Below, piece by piece: positions 25,728 through 37,918 of a stretch of DNA of 64,000 bases. Position 1 is the first letter of the stretch, and each line of letters starts with the position of its first letter. The notes below the pieces were generated by a model. The model worked only from the letters and a program-made list of their open reading frames with translations, had not been told where the DNA came from and made no database searches. A program made the position numbers and the translations under genes. Source of the stretch: Carcharhinus longimanus (lineage: Eukaryota); the NCBI GenBank assembly GCA_030264375.1, contig JASCQW010000168.1, forward strand, positions 12,167,988 through 12,231,987. Reading direction: 5' to 3'.

Positions 25728-26390
25728 GTTTAAAACTCACAACCCTAACATAGTTAGGATCTTAAAGAAAATCCTTGTTGAGGTTTTATTTTGTTAAGAA
25801 CGTCGAGAAAAGATCGTAAAAGAAAAGTAACATTGTGGGTCCTCACACTAAGAATATTAGAAGGCTGGGGAGAAACAACAACAGGAAGGAGCTACAACTG
25901 AACATCGTGTACGTGCAGGGCAATCACATAGATTCTGGGTGATTTCAGAGTTAAGTGAGCAATCTAATAGCATGGAGCTTGATACTGCTGCTGCTGTATC
26001 TTTAACTCTTGGGACAATGGACCAACAAAAGCTGAAACATCTTCCTTTAAAATCAGCCAGTGTGACTTTAAGGACATATGTGGAAGAGATTTTGCCATTA
26101 AAAGGTTACATCATGGTCAATGGACAAAGAGCAGAATTATCACCCCATGTGGTCTGTGGTAATTTTTTAGCTCTATTTGGGAGATCAAGGTTGGAGAAGA
26201 TAATGTTTAACTGGAGTGCTGTCAACAAATTGATCAACACCAAAACAGACCTGCAGCACCTTCTGAATAAATACAAGAGTGTATTTGAAGACACACTTGG
26301 CTCAATGAAGGGAGCTCAAGTGAAACTTAAGTTAAAGCCAGCCAAAAAGTCACAAAGCAAAAGCAGTGCCATATGCAATTCACCTCACAG
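25728..26390 (+). mobile_element. Gypsy deletion derivative: leader plus aspartic protease region
   Basis: MELDTAAAVSL...VTLRTY...LPLKG...LFGRSRLEKIMFNW...LLNKYKSVFEDTLGSMKG. Confidence 0.85.
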
Positions 26391-27912
26391 TTGGTTTAAA
26401 GGAAGGTGTTTCAACTTTTGTCAATGTGGCATTCAGTTGGAGCTCTTCATCATGTTTCTGGATACTCTCTTTTTCACAGTCACAATTCTTTTTTTCCATG
26501 TGGTAAATTATTTTGTCGGATGCAACTTGTTTTTCTCCTTTAGGGTATGCAAATTCTTCTTCTGAATACTCTTCTTAAGGAAAGCCAAGCTCGTCTAGCC
26601 CAACAAGCTTTTGCAATATGACCCATTTTGCCACATATCTTGCATTGAGCATCATTGCTCCAGCACTCAGTCGTTGGCCCATTTTGGCACATCTGTGACA
26701 TGCTTGTTGCTGTTTTGACATCTTATAGGCAGTTCTTAACTTGTGGACCTTCATTCCTGCCTGAACTTGCAAAGCCTCTTTAGCAGCCAGTTCCATCAAC
26801 ATTGTAATTTTGACTGCTATCTTTAAAGTCAACGCACATTCAGTAAGCAATCTTCTATGGATAGCCTCAATGTGGAGACTGCAGACTGGATAATCTTGAA
26901 AAGAATCCTCTAATGATATGCTAAAAGTTGTTGTGAGTGGCTTTTTAAAGTTTCCACAAAATGAGCAATACATTCGCCTTCCACTTGATTCCTTCAGTAG
27001 AATCTAAACTATTCCTTGATTATCAGTGGCTTTGGAGTGTAGTGCCCTTCAAGAATCTTTGTCAAATCATCGTAAGTTTTGGTTTCTCGCTTTGCTGGAT
27101 GAACCAAGTTCTGGAGCAAATTAAAGGTTTGGCTTCTTATTGTACTGAGGAAAAACTAGTATGACCAGCTCGGTTGTAATCTTATTTGCTCGTACAGAGT
27201 AATGAAAACACTCAGCATAGAAACTCCACGATTCATTTTCTTTGAAAGTGGACATGATTCCTAATAGACCCATCATTTCTCTGGCAGGCACTAGTGAATG
27301 GAGACTACTCAATATTTTTTTTACTGTTTTCCCAGTACTCCTCTTTTTACCCTGAAGACTGTTGATTTGATGTTTTTTTTCAAATGATTGCAGCTGTAGA
27401 GCAAAGCATACCATTTTCCAAATATGCCAGATCATGTCTGGAGTCTCGCCCTTCTCTGATCAGGAAAAAACCCTCTTTTAAAACCACACAGAGAATTTTT
27501 CTTACCTGACTGTTCCTGGTACTGGCTTTTTAATCGTTAATCCTGAATCCTATTGTTGCTTCTCCCCAGCCTTCTAATATTGGAAGTGTGAGAACCCACA
27601 ATGATATTTCTTCTACTTAAGGTTGTTTCTTGATGTTCTCAATGAAACCAAGTCCCCATTTGCCTCCAATTTTCTCTCTGTAATGCCCTAACTATGTTAG
27701 GGGTCGTGGGTTTTATACAGATAGAAAAGGCTTGGTTTGCACATGTAGATTCAAACTAACACAACAGGTGTTGTTGAGAGATGTTTTCTGCTATCACAGA
27801 GTACAAAATTGAAAGTAACGCACCAACCTATGCAAGCACCCTAATGACATCACCATTAATTCATGTGATTGGTTCTCAAAACAACTAACAACCGTCTTAA
27901 GCAGAGAACACA
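26385..27912 (-). mobile_element. Gypsy deletion derivative: LTR-like segment, leader and gag
   Basis: Gag start MMGLLGIMSTFKENESWSFYAECFHYSVRANKI, then IHRRLLTECALTLKIAVKITMLMELA and zinc-knuckle relic CHRCAKMG. LTR-like segment at 27700-27912. Confidence 0.8.
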
Positions 27913-27924
27913 AGGGGATTTGAC

Positions 27925-28735
27925 TACAAGAATAAAGAAGTCTTGCTGTAGGGCTATGCTGAGATTGCATCTGGGATACTATGTGCAGTTTTGGCCTCCA
28001 TATTTAAGAAAGGATATTGTTGCATTTGCAGCAGTACAGCAAAGCTTCACTATCTTGGTCCCTGGGATGAGGGGGTTGTCCTATGATAAGAGGCTGAATT
28101 AATTGGGCTTATTCTCTGGAGTTTAGAAGGATGACAGGTGATCTCATTGAAAGCTACAAAATTCTGAAGAATGGATGCTTAAAGCAGGGAATCTAAAACA
28201 TAGGGCGCAGTATCAGGATAAAGGACTAATCATTTAGGACTGAAATGAAGAGAAGTGTTAGAACATAAGAACATAAGAAATAGGAGCAGGAGTAGGCCAA
28301 CTAGCCCTTCGAGCCTGCCCTGCCATTCAATANNNNNNNNNNNNNNNNNNNNNNNNNNNNNNNNNNNNNNNNNNNNNNNNNNNNNNNNNNNNNNNNNNNN
28401 NNNNNNNNNNNNNNNNNNNNNNNNNNNNNNNNAGTCTCTCCACCTCTATCCTATCCATCCCATTCATCATCTTATACGTCTCAATGAGATCTCCCCTCAT
28501 TCTTCTGAGTGTTTTCACTCAGGGTTGTGAATCTTTGGGATTCTCTCCCCCAGACTCATCATTGAACACATTTAAGGTTCGGATAGACAGGTATTTGGTG
28601 TCTCAGAATTAAGTGCATGGGGAGAAGGCGGAGAAAAAGGATTTGAAGCACCAGATCAGCCATGATTGTATAGAATGGTGGAGCAGGCTTACTTTATTGT
28701 ATGGTCTACCCCTGCTCCTATTTCTTTGTTCTTGT
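27925..28735 (+). mobile_element. CR1 LINE 3' end
   Basis: RAMLRLHLGYYVQFWPPYLRKDIVAFAAVQQSFTILVPGMRGLSYDKRLN plus 3' UTR (cctgctcctatttct). Confidence 0.9.
28260..28507 (-). mobile_element. CR1 3' end nested in another CR1 (spans a gap)
   Basis: LRRMRGDLIETYKMMNGMDRIEVER with an agaacataagaacataag tail. Flanked by the direct repeat agtgtt (28254-28259 and 28508-28513). Confidence 0.8.
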
Positions 28736-29944
28736 GCTCAGACACCTGAAAAATGGTCTAATCCACCGTTGCATTGATGTCTTTCAGACATTGTTGAGAC
28801 TCCGGGTATTAGCCCATGAAGTTGGACTTCTTTGCACTGTTTCACATTCATTACATTTAATTTTTCTTTGTTGGAAGTAAGGCAGATTTTCTTGGGCTCT
28901 TTCTAAACAGATGTGAACCAATAAGTAAAGAATTTGAAGATGAAACAGATCATCTCTCCTCATGACTCATTCCCTTGAATACTTTTTCCAGGCCCAATAG
29001 TTATGTTTAAAAATGAACCAACTCAACCAGGTTTTCTTGAGTTAAGATGGCGTAAATTTATTAACTATTAAAAAGATAAGTAGAAATAGTTAAAAAAAAA
29101 GCTTCTACATTTATGCAGATTCGAAGTAAGAATTAAGTTGAATAGTAAGAAAACATAAATAAAAAGTTGTACCTAACATTCCTTGAGTTTAGAGTAGAAG
29201 CTGAGATTGATTCGAACCGTTGACTTCTGCAGGCAAATAGTTGACTCTTCAGTTCAGGTTCTCTGTCATTTGCCAGGGAGAATTCAGTTCTTTTTCCAGC
29301 TGCGATCCTCTGCTGATTGATCAACCTTCACAGCCAATCTAGGCAATTATATCCAGTGGCTTTAGCTGAGATATGTTCCCTGAGAGAAACCCCGGCAGTT
29401 ATTTCTGTCAGTGGCTGGGGTCTGTGTCCATTTTCAAAATAAAGAACTCTGGTCTTTTTAAAGTCAAATATTTCTATGTATAATTCCAGGGTTTTCTCCA
29501 TCATCATATCATTTTACTTGCCATTTTGAGAAATACAATACTTGTTCATTAATACGTAACTGTTCTATTGAATAATAACGTGAATGCAATGAATATTTCC
29601 CCAAAAACATTAATGGAACTTATATTTACGTGGAAGAAGATTCAAATAAATTTTATTACTCGGTAGGTTAATGGTGGGTTTACGTGATATGACAGTCTTA
29701 CTGAGAAAACAGATTGTTATCAGACATAAGTGCACAGAGTAATGTGTTGTTCATCAGTCAGGTTTTATTTAGAAGTTTTTTTCTGAAGTATTATGGTTAT
29801 TTTATAGCTTTCAAATGTTGTTCAAAGGATAAACACTGTATTTCCCTCTACATTGTTTTGAAATATGCACATTTCTTTTGTGCAAAACCAATTTTCTGAA
29901 CATTTCTAATGTGTTGTGTAATATAGAATAAGAGGTATGAGCTA

Positions 29945-30215
29945 AGGCAGTGCATCATGGTAATGTCACTGGACTAGTAATTCAGAAACCTAATGCAAGG
30001 CTGTGGGGACTTGAATTCAAATCCCATCGTGGCAGATGGTGACACTTGAATTCAATATGAAACCGTTGTCAATTGTCATAAAACCCATCTGATTCACTAA
30101 TGTCTTTTAAGAAAAGAAATATGATGTTCTTACCTAATCTGGCCGACATGTGACTCCAGATCCATAGCAATGTGGTTGACTCGTAAATACCCTCAAGAAT
30201 GAGCAATAAATGCTG
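29945..30215 (+). mobile_element. tRNA-derived SINE with LINE-shared 3' tail
   Basis: tggtaatgtcactggactagtaa...ttcaaatccc head, aaacccatctgattcactaatgtc core and gcaataaatgctg tail. A second copy lies at 40800-41335. Confidence 0.75.
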
Positions 30216-30454
30216 TTAAAATGTATTTTTTATCTTTATGCCTAGTTAAAAGAAATAATGTAGTAAGGATATGAAGTTTATCATGTATATCTTACAATTG
30301 CATAACTCAATTCAACATCTTAAAGTATCACAATATTTTGGTGCACTGCATTGCAAAACTACATGTTATCTGGCACTCCTGTGAATTCTTACCAGTATAT
30401 CTACTGAAATTGGTCATTGGCAGAAACAAAATAATGGTACAATACTGCCCTTGA

Positions 30455-30615
30455 TTTTTTTTCTTCATTCAACTTGGGATGTGGGCCTCACTGGCAAGGT
30501 CAGCATTTCTTGCCCACCCTCAAGAAGGTGGTGGTGAGTTTCCTTTCTGAGCTGCTGCAACCCATGTGATGTCCCTAACAGAGTGCTGTTAGGGACAGAG
30601 TTACAAATTTTTGAT
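30455..30615 (-). mobile_element. LINE 3' tail fragment
   Basis: gggatgtgggcctcactggcaaggtcagcatttcttgccca...gaaggtggtggtgag. Confidence 0.7.
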
Positions 30616-30644
30616 AGATGTATTATTCTCTGTTTTTTTTGTCC

Positions 30645-31430
30645 AGGTAATTAATATAAATTGAAAATAGCTGAGACCCCAGTACTGATCCTGAGGTAAG
30701 TCCACTAGTTGGAGTCTGCCAAATTGCAAGTGCTCTGTTTATCCCTGTTTATTTAGTCTCCCTCTGCTTCCTATTTGTTAACTAGTCCTCCACCATGCTA
30801 ATATGTTATCCTCAACTCCATGAGACATTATCTTGCATGTTAATATTTTGTGTGCCAGCTGATGGAATGCATTTTGAAAATCCAAGTATACTGCATCAAC
30901 TAACTGAATCCTCTTTGTTTAATCTACTAGTTATATCCTCAAAAACCCAAAGAGTATTCCATATCCTCAAAGAAATTTGTAAAACCATGTTAACTTTCTT
31001 TGATCATAATATGACTGTCTCAGTGCATTAAGACTTATTAACAATAAATTGAAGCATTTCCTTGACAACTGACATCAGGCTAATTGACCTATAGTTTCCC
31101 TCTCCCCTTTTCTTGAAAAGTTGTGTTATATTTACTACCAATCCACTGAGGCAGTCCTAGAATCTCAGGAATTTTGGAAAACCATAATTAGTGCATCCAT
31201 TATATCTCCAGCTACTTCTTTTTGAACCTGGATGTAGTCCATCAAATCAGGCATTTGTGGACTTTTAGTTTCTATTATTTCTCCAATACTTTTCCATGCT
31301 GATATTAATTACCCTCAGTTCACCCCAATTATTAGCCCATAGGTACTACTGTCTTCTACTGTATATACAGACTAAAATATTTATTCAAGTCTCTGCCATT
31401 TCCCCATCCCCACAATAATTTCTCTTGTAA
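30645..31430 (-). mobile_element. CR1 ORF2 (RT) fragment
   Basis: gaccccagtactgatcc (GSVLG), gacatcaggctaattgacctatagtttcc (GNYR.ISL) and gtagtccatcaaatcagg (PD..HP) on the minus strand. Confidence 0.75.
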
Positions 31431-32439
31431 ACTCATTTTAAAAAGTGATCAAAATGCTGCCCAAGGTGGCCACCATAATCAGGTGATGTTTTGTTGTTCC
31501 AGACAGAATCTTGGCTGAACATGCTTCCGTAAAGTTCTTAAAATGTATATGACCATGAACAGAATACCCATCTCTGACTAGACATTCACAATGTGAAAGC
31601 ATTTGTGAATTTACACCGGTTGATGGGTTATTTACCCCAAACTCTCACCTTGGTGCCTCCAAGTTTGAAGCTTAACAAAAAGCTGTGCAGACCAATTCAT
31701 CAGAAGCAAATGTGAACAACTACCTTTGAAATTATGTAGCAATGGCTCCTAAATTCATTATGTGTACAATGGAGCTATTGGTTAGGGCATCATATGACTA
31801 AACTGTACTCAGATGATCAATCTTTCTTACTCGCAATGGCAGAGAGACCAAGGAGGTTTGCAAACCATCAGGACAAAAGGGCCCATTCATTCAGCTAGGA
31901 GAACAGAACCTTGTCTAACAATCAGTCAATCCAGGCGTTCTGAGAGGGACTTGTTGGTTTTCACTTGCAAAGATTTGCCTCTACAGAAACTTGCCATAAT
32001 GCTGTCTAGAAATCCAGACATTTCTATCTTGCATTCATCTCCAAGGAACCATGAGTGACAATTCACCCAGAGCTGTTTGGTGTAAACTTTGGAATAACTT
32101 GATCTGAACATGAATTATTATTTGTATTCTGTTAATACTCTAGCAACGTGCTTTCTTCTCTGGAATCCATTTTTACTTCTGTGTATTTATCTGAATGCAT
32201 GAGAGAATGAATGTTTTCTGTTGCATTTATATTTCATGGCTTGTGAATAAACATGATCTTTTCTTCTGATTTGAACTTATCCAAAAGCCTGCTGCTTGTC
32301 CATTTCTGAAGTCACAACACCAAAAGGATAAAGCACTCCCTCTAAATACACACCTTTTTTGCAGACTCCCAGAAAATAGGAAGCTCTGGGCAAAGTTACC
32401 ATTTCACTCCCATCTGTATTAGTAAAAGATGTCTGTAGA

Positions 32440-32720
32440 TTCATAGAATGATACAAGAAGGCAACCATTTACCCCATTGTGCCTGTGCCAGCTTTTTGAA
32501 AGATCTGTCCAATTAGGCCCACCTATCCCTCTTTTCCCATAGCTCTGCAAGTATTTATCCATTTGATTTTTGAACACTTTTATTGAATCTGCTTCTCTGT
32601 TTCAGACTATGCATTCCAGAACATCATAACTCACTATTCATGGTGCCCCTCCTTCTTTTGCCCATCACCTTAAATCTGTGTTTTCTGCTCACTGTCCCTT
32701 CTGCTACAGGAAACAGTGTA
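32440..32720 (-). mobile_element. CR1 3' fragment
   Basis: PVAEGTVSRKHRFKVMGKRRRG followed by the 3' UTR. Confidence 0.7.
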
Positions 32721-33335
32721 ACAGTTGTATACGTTGTAAAAATATACATTGTCAAAAAATCACAGTGGCGAACTACTGTAAGGGGGGAAGGAAGAAAGAG
32801 TAAATGTAGATAACAAACATTAGCTCCATTTGTTCCCATTTTATGTGCCTTTTACATATAAATAAAAATATCTCTGATTGATTTGGGGGTTAGGAGAATA
32901 GAATAACCATCTAAGAAGCATCCATTCAGGTTAGAAATGGATAACTATCTGGTTGTCCTGTCATAAAATGTTATTAGAATGCTTAGAATAAAATATATAT
33001 TGACCATGTTATTTCCCACCAATCAACTGCAAACATATATTGAAAAAATAGCAGTGATTTGTTCACAATCATTAATTCTTTATTGTCGGCTATCACAAAT
33101 GAAAGGCGCAGAACATTTTGGTTGCCACTAGAATGCGTAGAGAGCTAATGAGGTCTTAAAAAGGACCTAAAGCAAAGTAAAGCACCCATGTATTTTGTAG
33201 TGTATATTATTCTTATGTTCCTGGATTGAATACTGTTTTAAATGGAACTGAGAGGAATCCTAGTGTACAGATAAACTAGTCATTTAAATGAAGCAACATA
33301 AGTACATAAAGCCATAAAAGAAAAAGGCAAGGTGA

Positions 33336-33420
33336 GATCTGATGAAGGAGCAGTGCTCTGAAAGCTCATGATTCCAAATAAACCTGTTGAACTTTAACCT
33401 AGTGTTGTGAGACTTCTTAC
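33336..33420 (+). mobile_element. Penelope-type terminal repeat fragment with intact hammerhead core
   Basis: ctgatga-a-ggagc-agt-gctct-gaaa-gctc followed by aaataaacctgttgaactttaacctagtgttgtgagacttcttac. Confidence 0.7.
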
Positions 33421-34279
33421 GAAAAAACAGAGATGCAAGTAGACACAGATTTCCAAGGAAGTTATCAATGTTGTCACAGACCTAGCCAAGTCAATGGCAC
33501 CCTTTAGGGAGAACGCTCATGGAAGGTAGCCTCAAGAGTTTGGCTTGAACACAGAGTTCGAGTCTAATTCATGGCTGGTACGATTAAATGATGACATCTC
33601 CACAACTTCACTAGATATCATCAGAGAAGTATTGTTTGTTTAAACCTATGCTGAAGAATTTGTAGTGGTAGCAAAGGGAGGTAGAATAATTAGTGTGTTT
33701 TAAAGAAGGTGTCCTTCTGGAATTTTATATTTGTTTAATAATTTGATTCAAGAGTAATGATGTGTTTATCAATCAGCTGGAGCAAGGATCTCAGTCCTTG
33801 TGTGAAGAAGTTCCTCCTCAACTCAGTCCTAAATCTGCTCCCCCTTATTTTGAGGCCATGTCGCCTAGTTCTAATTTCACCAACACTGTGAAGCATCAGT
33901 ATGAAGTGACAAGCTAAAAATACATCACTAGCTTAAAGAAATCTTAAAGGACAGCACGGGCAGATTCATTTTTACAAAAAATTAATTATGTAATTCATCA
34001 TTAAAGAAAATGCTTAAAAACATGAAAGAACAACTCCAGGAAATTTACAAGTACACTTCTAAGGCAACACAACACCCAAAAGTTATATATTTTTGGTCAT
34101 ATCCTTGTAGATCTTTTAAAAAATTCTAAGGTGGTTCAAGTAGAACCAAAAGCAAAAGGAATACTCAAGATTAAAAATAAAAGAGAAGATCAGAGTTGAG
34201 AAGTTCTAACACAAAAATATTTTACTACAAGAAGTGTGAAGTAGTGACTGTCATGTGAGATGCAGTGGGATGTTTACAA

Positions 34280-35000
34280 ATTAAATCAGAAATAGACCAT
34301 TTGACTGAACCAATCTCCATTTATACTGCACCTGGGCCTCCACCACCCTTTCCTCTTCTAACTTTACCAGCACAGCCCATAATTCCTTCTCTTCCATCTG
34401 CTCATTGATCCTCCCCTTAGTGTATCTATTGTTTGCTTCAACCAGATCTTGTGGTTGTTTGCTTAACACTATAAACATTCCCTGGGTAAAGAATTTTTTT
34501 CTGAATTCCCAACTTGATCTTTTTGGTGACTATCTTGTGTTGCTAGCCTCTAGTTTTGCTCTTCCCCACATGGGGTAACGTGCTATCTATCTACTCTATT
34601 GAAAAAAAATCGGAATTCTAAAGACCTCAATTAGGTCACCTCTCAGCCTTTCTTTTTCAGGAGAAAAGAGATGCAGGTTGCTCATCTTCTCCTTAAAGGT
34701 CTATATGCTCTTCATATCATGTTTCTAGAACTTTATTCCACCTTCTTTAGTGCCTATTTGTCTTTTCTATAATATCATGACTCGTATTCTATGCAGTTCT
34801 CCAATTGTGATTTAATCAAGGTTTGACACAAGTTTAACATACTCTTTACTTTTCAAATCTACTACTCTAGGAATAAACCTTCGTGTTTACTTATTTTAAT
34901 TACTTTGTTTACCTGCGTCTAGATTGGTGTATTGGCATTCCTAGATCCTTTTGTTCTTCTAATACATTTAGATTATTTTGTAAGTAATAGGCAACCGCAT
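34280..35000 (-). mobile_element. Old CR1 3' fragment
   Basis: aagacctcaattaggtcacctctcagcctt (RLRGDLIEV on the minus strand) with flanking CR1-like sequence. Confidence 0.65.
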
Positions 35001-35149
35001 TTTCTGACCTAATGCAGGTCAGAATTTTCCCATTCCGCTCACCACAGGAATTGTAGTGAGCAAGGGACAGACCATGGAAAGGTCTGTTGACCTTGGGCAG
35101 GATTTTCTGGTTTTGGGGCGAGTGCAGATGAAAAATCCCATCGATAGAC

Positions 35150-35400
35150 TTTTACAGCACAGAAAGAAGCCCTGCAGCCCATCATATCTGTGCCAGCCAT
35201 CAAACACCTATTTATTCTCATTCCATTTTCCACCATTTGTTCTGTAGCCTTGTATGCTATAGTGTTTAAGTGCTCACCTAAATACTTCTTAAATAATGTG
35301 AAGGTTCCCATCTCTACCACTCTTCCAGGCAGTAAGTTTCAGATTCGCACCACCCTCTAGGTGAAAAAGGTTCACCTCAAATCTCCTCTAAATCTCTATA
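35150..35400 (-). mobile_element. CR1 3' end
   Basis: RRFEVNLF..RVVRI*NLLPGRVVEMGTFTLFKKYL plus 3' UTR. Confidence 0.8.
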
Positions 35401-36461
35401 TTGAAATGTATTTTCCAAATATGTGCCCATTCAGCAACTTTGTTAACATCTTTTTGTAAGTTGTTGCCGTCCTCCTCACACATTGTATTGAGTTGAAGTT
35501 GAAGAATGCAGCAGGAAATAGTTTAAGGGCTTCCATTCAGGGAGCACAAACAGTTTAACTGTCAGCTTAACTGGTCTCCCTGTTGACAGGGTGACAGTCA
35601 GGCAAGCAGTGAGGGAAGGAAGAGGACAGGTGAGCACATGATGAGGGGGGAAAAGGAGTGAGATAGGAATTGAACTATTGAATTTAAAAAAAAATTACTG
35701 ATATAAGCCGTAGCCAGCTAACCATTGAAAAGCATCTGGAAGTAAATTTTGTGAGTTTGCGAGAGACTTTTGGTTGTGATTTTGTACATAATAGTCATTT
35801 TGTAGTCACCATAAAAATATGGTACTTTCAAGGTCCTTCTCCATTCATCAAACTTGGCACTCAGATAATGTTTTTAAACAATTGAAATTGCTGTAGTTAG
35901 GGTGGCACACAAAATGCAACCAGTACTTCTGAGCATGCACTAAAAATGGCATTCAAACTACAATAACAGGTTTTCAGATGGTGTAGAGTTAAATATTGAA
36001 GACTCGACATTCATAGTCTTCGCCTCACTGGTCTGCATCTTGGGTCCAGGTTTTCAAAGTACATTAATTAAGGCAAATATAACAAAATAATTGTCAGTTA
36101 GTTTGCAGGAATTTGTTTTGAACTCTGACGTAGGGGATCACATGAGAATATAAACGTTTTAAATTGATGGAAAATATATATAAAGGGTAAAACTAATAGG
36201 TGAAAAATGAAGTAAGAACAAGTTAGTGAATAAGCTCAAGAAAGTTCTATTAAGGCAGGAAGAGGAAAAAGTAGCTTTATATTGAAATTGAAGAAATAAT
36301 GGGGCTAGATAGAGGATTAACTTAGATTTAGAGGACCATACAACACCAACTTAAAGAAGTCAATCATTAGACTAAATCTCATGTCTGGAATATGAAAAGG
36401 TTAAAATATCAGCTTTGCTGTTATTTAGGTTTATATTCAAGACCCATCTGGATCATTTTCT

Positions 36462-36584
36462 GGCCGGGATCCTCTGATGTTATACTGCTGCCGGTATGAA
36501 CAGAATTTGTTGCCCAGCCAAATCTCCATTCACAGCCATGGGACAACGAATCTCAGCCACAGACGAGCTCAGAGAATCCCGGCC
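36462..36584. mobile_element. MITE (123 bp) with 15-bp terminal inverted repeats
   Basis: ggccgggatcctctg ... cagagaatcccggcc, a 14/15 inverted match. Confidence 0.75.
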
Positions 36585-37169
36585 TTACTTCCTTATTCTT
36601 TTCTTTATCCTTATTCTTTATCGAATTGGGAGCCCACTCAATCTTGAATGCTCAACAAAGTCCATTTTTGTGAAAAAGACTCGATTTTGATTAACATTTT
36701 TTCTTCTTGGACCACTCCTAACTGAAATCAAAAAGACAGCATAAAATTTCACTTGCTCTGTTTTCTATTTCTATCTTCTACTGGAGGCAATGAATTCTTG
36801 GTATGATACATCTCCCATGATGCCAGTCATACTCCAGTATGTTATCAAGGTATCAATATCTGTGGAAGGCAGTGAATGCTGGCTGGTTGCTTGACTGAGT
36901 CTCAGCGAATCTTGTTCACGTGTCTATTTTCAGAAGGAATTGATGGATAATAATCCAGAATAGGAAAACAGAGCTGATTTTCATCATCGTAAGCTCCGGA
37001 AGTGCTATTTGCACTACAGCAAAGATAAAACTAACTTAGAAAATTGGGTGGTTCTTGCTGTGTGTAAAAGAAACACCCTGTTGGGATAGTATAAAGGTAA
37101 AAGGGGTGTGCACAGGAATATTTCTTGACCTCCATTTGGAAATCTAAACATCATTTTTGAGGTCAATAC

Positions 37170-37918
37170 GTACGAGTTAGATAAAGTCTCAGGATTCTGG
37201 CAGGTAAAGATAGGCCAAAACTTGTTGCGATCTTCCCAGTCACCACACTCAGACATAATTCAGTAAGGGCGGAAACCAGATTAGTATTTTCAAATAAGTA
37301 TTAAAATATGCAAAGTCCATTTGAGGTCAGATTCTCCTTGTTCCTGGGATTTTCCAACCCTCAGATGCTGCAAGAAGTCGGCGAGAATCATTACTGGTCC
37401 CACAACTGAGACCAGGTATAATGGCTGTGCTGGGGGGGAGAAACGGATGACCCTGAGACCACTGGAGTCGCTGGGTGGAATGGAGACATAGATAGGGTGC
37501 CCTGAATGGGGTGGGGGGCATGAAAGGGGTCATGAAAGTGGAGAGGATATAAAGGTGGGGTCATGTAGAGAGTCATGAAGGGGAATCCATTCAGAAAGCC
37601 CTGATGTTAGCGATCTTTGTTGGGGATGTGGGTGAGGAAACATCCCTTCGATAAGGCGGGAGGCAAGAGAGGTGTCTTCAATTTCACTTTGAAATTGTAG
37701 CGCCTTTAAAAATGGTGCCCCATCACTGTGAAGCTGGGCTTGCTGGTGCGTTTAGGCCATGCCCTCCTCAGAATTGGGGTAAAACTCACCATTCTTCCAA
37801 AAAAATGACAATGCGTGGGAAAACTGCAATCTGATTTGCGGTGGACATGCCGGTGTGAAACATGCCAGTTTTCTTGCCCGTAATAACACTTTTTCATTTT
37901 TTGGGAAAATTTCACCCA
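37170..37918. mobile_element. Non-autonomous DNA-transposon-like element
   Basis: Ends in TIR-like gggaaaatttcaccc and shares blocks with 2400-2580. Confidence 0.55.

Noticed and set aside
25939-26565. 208-aa ORF (longest in the window) as a domesticated protease gene
   Set aside because: Gypsy protease relic with DTA in place of DTG, a non-ATG start, and read-through into antisense gag.
29000-29500. LTR-like segments here and at ~31590-32340 and ~41480-42370
   Set aside because: The composition suggests solo LTRs, but I could not establish termini, TSDs or paralogy from this window alone.
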